Both the position numbers and the translations under genes were made by a program. The notes below the pieces were generated by a model. It did no database searches and was not told where the DNA came from. It saw only the letters and a program-made list of their open reading frames with translations. From Felis catus (taxonomy: Eukaryota), in NCBI RefSeq assembly GCF_018350175.1, contig NC_058368.1, positions 164,612,001 through 164,676,000 on the forward strand: a DNA stretch of 64,000 nt, given 5' to 3'. Position 1 is the stretch's first letter. Each line of letters begins with the position of its first letter. This document shows positions 12,555 to 23,987 of the stretch, in pieces.

Positions 12555-12790
12555 CCACAGAGAGTATGGTATAGATGTGTAGTTTTAGTCCAGTATACCT
12601 GGCTTAGAATCCTAGGTCTCGTTACATTGTTGATACAGGGCCTAAACTTCAGTAAAATCTCCTTAGTTTCAGTTCTTTTCCTCTGCTACATCCACTTCAT
12701 TCCTTTTGATTATTTGCAACATTAAGACATGGTCTTATAGAGGTCTACATACTGCAAATAACCTTTGTGGTATTATGATTTCACTATCGT
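12555..12790 (+). mobile_element. MIR (diverged)
   Basis: 'cagtatacctggcttagaatcctagg...tttcagttcttttcctctg' MIR-like. Confidence 0.5.
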
Positions 12791-13546
12791 CAGAATAAAA
12801 ATCTCAAATGCATAACAGATACAAATTTAATTTTCACTGTATCATTAATACAAGCAAAAAGAAGTATCACTTTCCAATTCCTATTTTGCTTTATAACCCT
12901 AAATATTTGGTTAGCATGTGGGGTTTTAGCCCTATCTTTAACAAAGTCATCATAATATCCTGCTTCTTTAGGATTATTATGATGTTAACTTTCACAGCCC
13001 TCTATGAGACTACTGATTAAGTAAGCAATTTCCATGTGCATTATTGTGCTTTGTTTCCAGGGGCCAGAAGCCTATGGGGCATCCTCTTCTTAATCTAAGG
13101 AGATTAAGAGAGTGAATACTACATTGCACATTACCAATCTAGAATCACTTAGACCCATCAATTATTCACAGCAAACACACACAGAGAAAACATTCCATGT
13201 AAAATTCTAAAGCAGAAGCTCTCATCAGCTGGAGTTGTCTTGCAGTATACTCCCCAAAGCAAAGACTGGAGAGCAGATATAAGGAAGGGAAAGTGTACAT
13301 CAAGCCTCTGGGAAGCAGTAATGATAGTTGCAAGGACATTTTAATTTGTTTAAATTAGTTTTTAAATCTTTCATAATAATTTTTAAAGCCTAGCTTTTAA
13401 ACTAACTTCTGAGTAAATAATCATATCCCTAACACAACTAGCCATCCAAAGAAAAGTGGGAATAGAAATTAAATAAAAAACTTAGTCTAGAACATTTTCC
13501 ACTGCAGTTGAGCCTTAAACTGATTTGTTACTGAAATAGTATTCTT

Positions 13547-13767
13547 TTTATTTTATTTTTTTAACGTTTATTTATTATTGAGAGACAGAGAGACACAGAG
13601 CATGAGCAGAGGAGGGGTAGAGAGAGGGGGAGACACAGAATCCGAAGTAGGCTTCAGGCTCTGAGCTGTCAGCACAGATCCTGACGCGGGGCTCGAACTC
13701 ACAAACTGTGAGATCATGACCTGAGCCAAAGTCGGTCGCTCAACCAACTGAGCCACCCAGGTGCCCC
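13547..13767 (-). mobile_element. SINEC_Fc-like CAN-SINE with perfect TSD
   Basis: Full head and body with CpGs retained; TSD tgaaatagtattctt at 13532-13546 and 13768-13782. Confidence 0.97.
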
Positions 13768-15899
13768 TGAAATAGTATTCTTAGTGTCTATACACACTAT
13801 TGGGGAACAATTGGTATTGTTTAAATTTATAGGACTTTCTCTATTTCACTTGTATATAGATTCTTTAAAAACAAAGATATAATGGCACAGTTTTTGGTAT
13901 TGTACTTTTTTATTTCAATAAATTATTTAATGGTACTCTGTCATGAAAAACTATCTTTTCCTTTCCTTTCTGTATTTCCTTTAAGCTGTAAAGTCAAATA
14001 CGCCTGTCAATTTTAGTAACCAGGAGATTTTAGTCAATTATTGGAACGAATTCCACATTTTATGGCAGGAAAATTTTGCTCATTAAAGATACACTGTAAT
14101 CCTTCTAAATTTATCTGGTTACATCTTCCTAAATACTTAATAGCCCCATGGTATTTTGAAGGTCTTTAAGCCCCTCTTAATCAGTTACCATCTTTATATG
14201 TTGTTATCTATTATTTTTGGAGCTTTTCTTCCACGTTGGAAAATGGAAAATGTTATGGCATTAGTGTGTAAATATTCTATGAGCAACCTGAATTAATCTC
14301 CATTATCTCTTGGGGCAATAGCTGTTTGTCAAGTCAAAATTTCAGATTTTCTCTAACCAATCTAAATCTAGGTAAAGGTAACTAGCCTTATGCAAAATAC
14401 AAATTTCAAGTGCAGTTTAAGCCATGTGATTTGTTGTTTTACATCTCAGCTTTGGCAAAGTGTAAAGGAGCAAAGCATCTCACAAAAGCTATATAATTTA
14501 AATTCTTTCAACCAGTCTGTTGATATGGGGCTTATGTGGTTTTAAAATTCAGACTTTAATTTGTAGGACAATTGTGTTTCTATAAATATAGTGGTCATAC
14601 AAAAGGATGCATGACTATCAAAATTTGGTTATCTTACTATCTAGTGATTTTACCTATAATTTTAAAAATGTAATATTTAATAATATTTCATATCTTTGAC
14701 TATTAAAGCTCCACTCTGGTAGCATTCTGATAAAGGGGAAAATGTACTTTCTGTTTCAGAGAAAACGTGAGAGACAGCAGAGTGTAAGATACTGCTATAT
14801 CTCCTTCTTTTGATTACTCAACATCCTAACATCAGCATTAGATCAAAGTCAGGAAAGTATAGAGTTATGTTTGTTTTGATATGTGTCTTTGTATGGCAAC
14901 TAGGAAGCTAGTCTTTCTGTGTAGAGAATGGTATTTATACTTTTTACATTTCTGATAGTATTCATAAGTGTTAGGAATTAAATTTAAAAGGTAAAAAAAT
15001 AGCGTTCCTCATTTTACCTATTTTAATAAATGAATGTGGGCCTATTATTTCAGAGGGACAGAGAGTAAGCACAAGAGTGAGAACTAGAGTGAGAAGTAGA
15101 AGGAAAGAGAGAAAGAATCATTTCCAGTGAAACTGAGTATAATTAATTTTTTTGTATAATATGTAAAAATTGTCATAGTGATATGATTGCATGTTCCATG
15201 TAGAAATATTTTAATGAATGGTACAATTAAAAATATTTGTTTGCAAAAGAGCTAGAACAGCCAATATAATCCTGAAGTAAAATAAAGTTGAAAGGCTGAA
15301 CTACACAACTTAAAGGCCTGCTATAAAGCTGCAGTTATCTAGATGATGAGGTCTTGGCAAAAGAATAGACAACTAGATCAATGGATCAGAATGCAGAGCC
15401 TCAAAATACACCCATATAAATATAGTCAACTGATCTTTCACAAAGTAAAGGCAACACAGTGGAGCAAAGATGGTATCTTCGACAAATGGTACTGGAACCA
15501 CTAGACATCTACATGCAATAAAAAATGACTCTAGACACAGATCTTATATCCTTCACAAAAATTGACTCTAAATCGATCATAGATCTAAATGGGAAACACC
15601 AAACTGTAAAACTCCTACAAGACGACATCAGAAACCTTGGGTATTCTGATGACTTTTTAGATATAACACCAAAGGCACAATCCATGAAAGAAAGAACTGA
15701 TAAGTTGGACTTCATTAAAATTAAAAATCTTATGCTTTGGCAAGACAATGTCATGAGAATGGAAAGACAAGCCACAGACTGGGAGAAAATAGCTGCAAAA
15801 GTCACATTTGCTAAAAGTATGTTAGACAAACTATGTGAAGAACTCTTAAAACTCAACAATAAGAAAACAAACAACCTAACTTAAAAATGGGCCAAACCT

Positions 15900-16249
15900 T
15901 AACTACCTCCCAAAATTCATATGTTGAAACCTTATCCCCAATATGATGATATTTGGAAGTGCACTTTTGGGAAGGTGATCAGGTCATGATGGTAGAACCC
16001 CCATGAATGGAATGAATGTCCTTATAAAAGATGCCTCAGAGAACTCTCTTCCCCATTCTACCTGTGAGGACACAGTGAGAAGATGGCTATCTATGAACCA
16101 GAAAATTGCTTCTCACAAGACACCAAATCTTCTGGAACCTTGATCTTGGATCAAGGATAAGCCTCCAGGATTATGCAAAATAAGTGTATGTTGTTTAAGG
16201 AACCCAGTCTATAATATTTTTTCCTATAATAGCCTAAACAGACTGAGAG
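15900..16249 (+). mobile_element. MaLR solo LTR (MLT1A/MLT1A0-like)
   Basis: 'cccaaaattcatatgttgaaacc...gtgaggacacagtgagaagatggc...ccttgatcttgga...gttgtttaag...cccagtcta'. Confidence 0.88.
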
Positions 16250-16275
16250 AAATGTCATTAAAAGAAATATACAGA

Positions 16276-16480
16276 GGGGTACCTGGGTGGATCATTTGAG
16301 TGTCTAGCTCTTGATTTTGGCTCAGGTCATGATACCAGGGTCATGGGATTGAGGTGTCAGGTTCCTTGCTGAGCATGGAACCTGCTTAAGAATCTTTCTC
16401 TCTCTCCCTCTGCCCCCTCCCTGACTCACATGTTCTCCCTCTCCCTCTCTCTCTCTCTCATTCTCTCCTAAAAAAAAAAA
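16276..16480 (+). mobile_element. CAN-SINE inserted in L1
   Basis: ggggtacctgggtgg head, CT tract, A-tail; L1 target motif 'atatacag' present on both sides. Confidence 0.92.
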
Positions 16481-17454
16481 GATATACAGCTGTCAAATAA
16501 GCATATTAAGATGCCTCTTATCATACTCACAAGGGAAGTACAAATTAATACCATTATACCTTAGAATGTTCAAAACACAGAACACTGAGAACACCAAATG
16601 CAGGTTATGATATGGAGTAACAGTGACTTTCATTCATTGCTGCATGGAATGTAAAATGGTACAGCCACTTTGCAAGAGAATTCTGTGGTTTCTTACAACA
16701 CTAAAACATCATCTTACTGTATGATCCAGCTGTCATAGTCTTTTCCATTTACCCAAAGGCATTAAAACCACCACACAAAAACCTGTACGAGGATGTTTGC
16801 AGCAGCTTTATTCATAATTGCTAAAACATGCAAAGCCTCCAAAAGGTACGTCAGCAGGTGAATAAATTGTGGTACATCCAGGCAATGGACTAGTATTCAG
16901 GTCTGTAAAGAAATAAGGTATCGACCATGAAAAGACATAGAGGAACCTGCAGTATGTATTAATGAGTGAGAGAAACTAATCTGAAAACGCTACATACTGT
17001 ATGATTCCAATTATATGATATTTTGGAAAAGGCAAAGCTATAGAGACCGTGAAAAAGATCTCTGGTTGCCATAGGTTGCACTGGGGGAAAGGTGAATTGA
17101 TGGGATACAGAAGATTTGTAGGACAGTGAAAATACTCCATATGATACCATAATGGTAGATGCATGTCATTATACATTTGTCCAAATTCATACCATGTGTA
17201 AAACCAAAAAAGAAGTATAAAGTAAACTATGGACAGAAGGTGATTATCATGAATCCAGGCAGGTTCATCCGTTGTAACAAATATACCCTCTGGTATGGTA
17301 TTGGGGGAATGCAATGCATGTGACAGGGCAGAGAGTACCTGGGCAATCTCTGTACCTCCCCTTAATTTTTCTGTGAACCTTAAACTGCACTGGAAAAATA
17401 GTCTTAAAACATTTTTTAACAACCACAAAGGCCACAATTTAGGATGGATACATT

Positions 17455-17570
17455 ATATATATGTGTGTGTATATATATATATACACACACACATATATAT
17501 ACACACACACATATATATACACACACACATATATGTTGTAAAACGTATATATATTTACATATATATGTAA
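17455..17570. repeat. Compound (TA)n/(CA)n microsatellite
   Basis: Directly visible. Confidence 0.9.
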
Positions 17571-17944
17571 ATGTTGTAAAATATTTTAAATGGCAGTTAA
17601 TATAGGTATGTCACCAAAACTCCAATTTAATAATTTAGTATAAGAATCTTAGATAATCAAATTATTTTCTGTGAAATGCATTCTTCTTAGCGGTCACTGT
17701 ATGCACATAACTTTTTCAATAGTATATGTAGGTCTTAAATTACAATAGATAGTACTAATTTATTTGGAATCACATCATATTGAGGATGTTTTGCTTTTTT
17801 ATGATGTGTGGGTATATGAAATAAGGTGCCCCTCATAGTTAAAGGACCATAAATTAATAAATTTTGGCTATATTAAATCCACATGTTTAGGTATTTGCAC
17901 TTTGAGTGTATATTATATGTTACACATGAATATATTACAAATGA

Positions 17945-18145
17945 GGGCACTTGGGTGGTTCAGTCAGTTAAGCATTCAATTTTTGGTTTCGGTTTAGGTA
18001 ATAATCTCATGGTTTGTAAGTTTGAGCCCTGTATCAGGCTATCCGTTGATGGTGCAGAGCCTACTTGGGATTCTTTCTCCCTCTCTCTCTGCCCCTCTCA
18101 CATCTCTCTCTCTCTCTCTCTCTGAAAATAAACTTTAAAAAAAAT
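17945..18145 (+). mobile_element. CAN-SINE with 20-bp TSD
   Basis: TSD catgaatatattacaaatga (17925-17944) / cataaatatattacaaatga (18146-18165). Confidence 0.95.
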
Positions 18146-18169
18146 CATAAATATATTACAAATGATAGT

Positions 18170-18630
18170 AAGGATGACTATGGTGTTTCTTATTTATTGT
18201 CTACACAATACACATTCTCTTATTTAGTCCAAAGCATCCTCCTAGAAGGGCACCTGGGTGGCTCAGTTAGTTAAGCGTCTGACTTCGGCTCAGGTCATGA
18301 TCTCATGGTTTGTGGGTTCAAGCCCCACATCAGGCTCTATGCTGATAACTCAGAGCCTGGAGCCTGCTTCAGAATCTGTGTCTCCCTCTCTCTCCCCCTA
18401 CCCCACTCATGCTCTGTCTCTGTCTTTCAAAATAAATAAATATTTTTTAAAAAGTTTTAAACAACAACAAAACCAAAGCATCCTCCTGAAAAAGGTACTG
18501 TATTGCTCCTATTTTGAAGTTAAGTAAACTGAGGTACAGAAAGAATGTCACCCAGCTAGCACTTAGCAAAATTTGGATTTCATCTCAAGTGTTATTAACA
18601 GCCATGTTCTTTACCACAATGCCACAGTTC
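18170..18630 (-). mobile_element. MIR split by a SINEC insertion
   Basis: 'ctattttgaagttaagtaaactgaggtacagaaag...gtcacccagctag' reverse MIR core. Confidence 0.65.
18248..18472 (+). mobile_element. SINEC_Fc-like CAN-SINE
   Basis: Full length; TSD ccaaagcatcctcct at 18229-18243 and 18473-18487. Confidence 0.96.
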
Positions 18631-19279
18631 CACTTGATGTCCACATGAGAGTCTGACTTGAGACATGTTTGAAATTATTCCTAAAATTCAACAGATGTTT
18701 AGAATCTCATCATTTTTCTCTTGAGACAAAACCCCTATATAGTATAAAACATTTTCCAGCATCACTTTTGTATGTATATCTGTGATTTCAGAGTTACCTT
18801 CGCTCTCTGAGGAAACATTATTTCAGTCATCTTGGTTTTACAAAAGTGTACTTCTAAACAGTATTTGATAATAAATGTAAACAAAAGTGTTGTGGTCATT
18901 AATTTTGAACTAATCATATATATAAGTGTGCGATATACTATAAATTTTCAAGTGAATGAAATATCAAAATTACCACAATTTTATGATTACATTTCTCCTG
19001 AGCCTTTATTAGGTATACATAGGATATTAATCATATTTTGGTTCAGCACTTGTTAAATATTTTTCTACATTTGCATTTAAAAGTAATTGAATTATGCAAA
19101 CACTTTTTAAAAATGATATCAAGCCCATAAAGGCTACGTAATGATATAGAAAAATATATACTAATAACGGGAATACAGAACACATCATGTAGAATTCATA
19201 TGTATTCAAAGTAAATAAAATTATAAATAAATACTGGAAGTGAAATATAATAATATATGACATTAATAAGGCCCAACTT

Positions 19280-19880
19280 GTCAATAATCTTTACTATGGA
19301 TTGTGCTTTTGGTGTTGTGTCTAAAACTCATCACAAAACACAAAGTTATGTAGACTTTCTCTTGTTTTGTTTTAGGGGCTTTAAAGTTTAGCATTTTACA
19401 GATAAGTCTGTAATTGATTTTGATTTAATTTTTATGAAAAGTATAAGGTTTATGTGTTCTTCTCCCTCTCATTTATTTTAAAGATTATCATGTCTCCTTT
19501 GCACCTTTGTCAAAAAATCAATTGGCTATATTTGTGTAGGTCTATTTCTGAGCTTTTGATTATATTCCATTGACTTTGTGTCTATTTTTCAAGCATACCA
19601 CACCATTTTGATTACTGTACCTTTATAATTACCCTTAAATCAAGTTGACGTTTACAATTTTTTCTTCTTTTTTAATATTATGTTGGCTATGCTAGGTATT
19701 TTGCCTTTCCATATGAATTTTAAAATTAATGTGTCATAGGTACAAATAGCTTATTGGGATTTTGTTTGGGATTATGCTTAATCAATAGACCAAGACTTGA
19801 CATCCTAATAATATTATATCTTCCAATTCATAAATATGAATATCTCCCCATTTATTTACATATGCTTTATTTTTCCTCAG
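19280..19880 (-). mobile_element. Old L1 ORF2 fragment
   Basis: 'atggattgtgcttttggtgttgtgtcta...gcacctttgtcaaaaaatcaattggcta...attttgattactgta' reverse L1 ORF2. Confidence 0.8.
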
Positions 19881-19899
19881 CATTAATTTTTAGTAATTA

Positions 19900-20120
19900 G
19901 GTAAACATTAGGTAAAAACTAAGGAAATATCAATAAACTATGGCCTTTACTTAATAGCATATCAATATTGGTTCATTAATCTTGGCAAATGTACCATTAT
20001 AATGTAAGATGTTAATAATAGGGGAACTGGATGTGGGTATATTGTAACTGTGTACTATCTTTGGCATTTTTCTGTATTTCTAGAACTATACTAGAATCAA
20101 AGGTTTATATAAATAAGGAA
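19900..20120 (+). mobile_element. L1MC-type 3' end
   Basis: 'atcaatattggttcattaat...aaatgtaccattataatgtaagatgttaataataggggaactgg'. Confidence 0.75.
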
Positions 20121-20631
20121 ACTGTTTTCATAATAATTGGGTTGGACAATTTTTTCATGAGTTTTTAAAGCTTTTATCATTATATTTATGTATTCAAAAT
20201 GACTTTAATATTATAGTTAAGAACATCACTATAAATTACACAAATCTTACTCCTTGTTCTTAAAAAATAGTGAGTTTACATATAAAGAAATATTTTATAT
20301 ACTAATTTACTATGTGATGACATTAAATGCCAACTAAATCTTACCTCATTAGCCTAGAGTACTAGAAAAACCTACTAAAAAGTTATATTTGTTCTAGGAA
20401 TAATTTACAAACCAGGGAAATTTAGAAAAATAATACCTAAGCATTTACTGAAAGGAAACACATTTATTATTCTGTTATTAAATGCTGAATTACTATTAAG
20501 TTAAATATTTTTCTACTTTGTTTTTAAAGTATAGCTCCAGTCCTTATATCACAAACTGTCATCTACAAGTCATATAAGAGAATGCATTTGCTAAATATTA
20601 TAAAAAATTGCAGAGCTCTTTTAGGGGATAG

Positions 20632-21080
20632 AATAGTTTCCTGTGACTGCATTAACAAATTGCCACAAATTTTGTAGCTTAGAACTTACTCTGTCTAGCA
20701 GAAGGCTAGCAGTTCAGCATCAGGTTCTAGAACAAATCAAGATGTCAGTAGGACTGCACTCTTTCTCTGAAGGTGTAGCAATTTGTTTCCTTCCTTTTCC
20801 AGCTTTAAGTGGTTGTCTGCATTTCTTTGTTTATAGTCTCATGATTCCAGCCTGTCCCTTTGTGTCACTTTGCTTTCTCCTCTTCTGTATATATATGATC
20901 TCTCTCTCTTACGAGGACACTTGTGATTCGATTTAAGGCCCATCTTGATAATCCAGGATGATTTCCCTATGTCAGGATCCTTAATCACATCTGGAAAGAC
21001 TCTTTGTCCTTGTAAAATAACCTTTAAATTTCCAGGGATTAGAGCCTGATGTCGTTGGGTGATCATTATTTAACCTCTTT
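20632..21080 (-). mobile_element. MaLR solo LTR (MLT1C/D-like)
   Basis: 'aacaaattgccacaaa...aggacacttgtgatt...ataatccaggatgatttccc...atccttaatcacatctg...ttccagggattag'. Confidence 0.85.
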
Positions 21081-21699
21081 AGAGGTCAAGGAGGATGATT
21101 TTCTTTGTGCATACTTAATTAACAATTAATATGGGCTAGTGGTTCTGTAAAGTGTTAAACAGTGAAAATTAAGGTTTGCATAATTACCCAGGGGATTTTT
21201 AGGAAATCTAGCATTGCGCTTTGAAATTTTTTTCTTACTGTTTAAAACAAATACATGCCTGCATTACGTTTCATTGAAATATTTTTAGATTAGTCATAAG
21301 AAATCACCCTAGCTTGCCTTAATGTATTTGTGTGGGTTTTATTGTTTGTTAGTATGACTAATTGCACTCTAGACAAATGTGGGGACATTGGCGAAATTGG
21401 GAAACTTAAAAAGAAGAACTCTGAAATGCAATTTGGTTTCACTTTGTTGGGCAGCCAGTTTAAGCAGCCATACTTCTGGGTTCTAGCAACTGAATAAAAA
21501 TATCTAAGGATCTGCACGAAAAGTCAGCCTCTGTCTATAAGTCTTCAGCATGGCACAACCATGGGCAAGTGTTGGGGGGTGGAATATGTGAAAGTATGTT
21601 TCTGGTTGGGAGTGGAGAAGGTAGGAGGCTCTGCTCTTACTAATAAATGGGATTTGTTTGTAAGACTGACACCTAATTGAATCATAGGCTGACTAATAG

Positions 21700-21835
21700 T
21701 AGAAAAAAATTTGAGAGCTCACCTAATCAAACTTATTCATTTTTCCAATAAGGAAATGACTATAGAGATGTGGATGATTATCTAATAACACCTAAATAAT
21801 TAATAATAGAGCAAAAATTAAAACCCAGGTTTTAT
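21700..21835 (-). mobile_element. MIR fragment
   Basis: 'cattttt..aataaggaaatgac...agagcaaaaattaaaacccagg'. Confidence 0.45.
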
Positions 21836-21908
21836 GCTATTTTTATTCCAAAAGAGATTTGTCTCTCATTAAAACTTGACATCAAAATGTGTAAAGTTAT
21901 AAAAATCT

Positions 21909-22140
21909 GGGGCGCCTGGGTGGCTCAGCCGGTTGAGCATCCCACTTTGGCTCAGGTCATGATATCGCGGTTTGTGGGTTCAAACCCCACATCGGGCTCT
22001 GTGCTTACAGCTCAGAGCCTGGAGCCTCCTTCAGATTCTGTGTCTCCCTCTCTCTCTGCCCCCGCCCCCCACTCACACTCTCTCTCTCTCCTTCAAAAAT
22101 AAATAAATATTAAAAAATAAATTCAGAAAATAAATTAAAA
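21909..22140 (+). mobile_element. SINEC_Fc-like CAN-SINE
   Basis: ggggcgcctgggtggctcag head, CT tract, aataaa and A-tail; short TSD ataaaaatc. Confidence 0.96.
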
Positions 22141-22304
22141 AGATAAAAATCAACATTTCCCAAATAAGAACTTTAAAAATAAACTAATACTTTTTGTTTT
22201 GTTTTTAGTGTAAGAGCTGGGTAGCTTAACAGATAAAATGTTAGCAAAATTTTCTCTGTTATTTATTGATAGTAAAGTTTTCTTTTCCATTTTGTCCAAT
22301 TGAT

Positions 22305-22516
22305 TTTTTAAAAGATTTTATTTATTTGTAATTTTTTAATGTTTATTTTTGAGAAAAAAAGAGAGAGAGAAAGAAAGGGAGACACAGAATCCAAAGCAGG
22401 CTCCAGGCTCTGGGCTGTCAGCACAGAGCCCAGTGCAAAGCTTGAACTCACAGACCACGAGATCACGACCTGAGCTGAAGTCAGAAGTTTAGCCAACTGA
22501 GCCACCCAGGTGCCCC
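22305..22516 (-). mobile_element. SINEC_Fc-like CAN-SINE
   Basis: Reverse body 'gagacacagaatccaaagcaggctccaggctctg' and head 'gagccacccaggtgcccc'. Confidence 0.95.
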
Positions 22517-22524
22517 TAAACATT

Positions 22525-22623
22525 TTGTTTTTAAGTAATCTCTGTATTCAACGTGGGGCTCGAACTTCACAACCCTGAGAGCAAAAGTTGCATGCTCTAC
22601 CAACTGAGCCAGACTTGCACCCC
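22525..22623 (-). mobile_element. Short tRNA-like CAN-SINE (SINEC_old type)
   Basis: 'aagtaatctct..caacgtggggctcgaact..accctgag..gcatgctctaccaactgagccag..cacccc'. Confidence 0.85.
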
Positions 22624-23090
22624 TCAAATTTATTGTTTTGAGCTTTAAATTATTTTTGTTCTGGATTATTTGCTATTATTCAGTAAATATTTTAGAGCTG
22701 AAATGAAATTTATTATAAACTAGACATAGTTGGTTATAAGAGACTGTCAATCATGGAATATTTCATTTCAACGTTCTTATAGAAAAAAGGCATGAAAATC
22801 TATCTATTTCAGCATATCATTGTTTTTAATTCATCCTTTATTGATTCATACCTATTGAATCAGAGTGGGACCATTTAATGAATTACTTATATTAACAGCA
22901 TTCATTAGGCAATTCAAAATAAGCGATTAGAATATCTTAATGAATACCGTAACTTTCATTCACAATTTTTCCTAAGTGGAGTATGTCAAAATTATTTTTC
23001 CCATAAACTAATCCAAGCATGAAGCATCCTTAATCTTTAGAAATTAATGTTACCAAAAGAGCTTCTTTTAATAAAGAATCTCTCTTTTTA

Positions 23091-23304
23091 GGGGCACCTG
23101 GGTGGCTCAGTCGGTTAAGTGTCCGACTTCGGCTCAGGTCACGGTCTCACAGCTCATGAGTTCAAGCCCAGCTTCGGGCTCTGTGCTGACAGCTCAGAGC
23201 CTGGAGCCTTCTTTGGATTCTGTGTCTCCCTCTCTCTATGCCCCCTCCACCACTTGTGCTTTGTCTCTCTCTCTCTGTCAAAAATAAATAAACATTAAAA
23301 AAAA
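23091..23304 (+). mobile_element. SINEC_Fc-like CAN-SINE
   Basis: Full-length head, body, CT tract and tail. Confidence 0.96.
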
Positions 23305-23937
23305 TCTTTTTAAATTCTCCAGATTATAATCTTAAAAGCATGGCTACCAGTGAAAACTTCCCCCCCCAACATCAGAGTATTTGAAAACTCATTTTTAACT
23401 TTTTAAAAATTAGTCTTAATGATTAGAAATTTGATAAGTGATCTATGAAGACTGTACCAGCTTGTGAAGTACAATTTATCTTAAATTAAAATGCTCCCTT
23501 ATTTGACAAGACAATAAAATGTTCTGTGTCATGCCATGAATTATATGAGTATACTTGTCAGTATAAATTTTCTGGCAATGGTAATAAAGAATTCTATCAT
23601 TCATTTTATTGCTGGAGAGAATCATCGTTTCTTATTCATACTAACACAGCATTTCCATTACTTCTCACAATAGCCTTGGCAATGCTTCAAAATGAGTGTT
23701 ATTATAAAATATTCTATTACAGCATGGTAAATATAGGACTTTCTTTTCCATTTTGTCCACAGTTCTCCAAAGAGGACTTTACTTTGATTATGCTGATCAC
23801 CTGGCAAGTGAGAAAAACTGACTTTCAGATTTTGCCTATTGAAAGTATGAATTTTTTTTTTCTGGAAGTCGTCTCATACACCAGATTGCATTGTCATGTT
23901 GCAGACTTTGTTGCTGCCTTCTTTGTTTTCACTTCAG

Positions 23938-23987
23938 CACTTGAGTATGAAGCTTGTTTGGAAAGGCATCAAATGCCTAGACACAAG
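23938..23987 (+). other. Candidate 50-nt exon (gene unidentified)
   Basis: Strong acceptor ttgctgccttctttgttttcacttcag and donor AAG|gtaaca in repeat-free sequence. Confidence 0.35.

Larger units (their letters stand above)
15240..17410 (+). mobile_element. Old eutherian L1 (L1MC1-like) ORF2 end and 3'UTR, interrupted by an MLT1 LTR and a SINE
   Basis: ORF 15525-15884 (DLNGKHQTVKLLQ..DFLDITPKAQSMKERTDKLDFIKIKN..RMERQATDWEKI) is L1 ORF2; L1MC-type 3'UTR at ~16900-17410. Confidence 0.9.
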
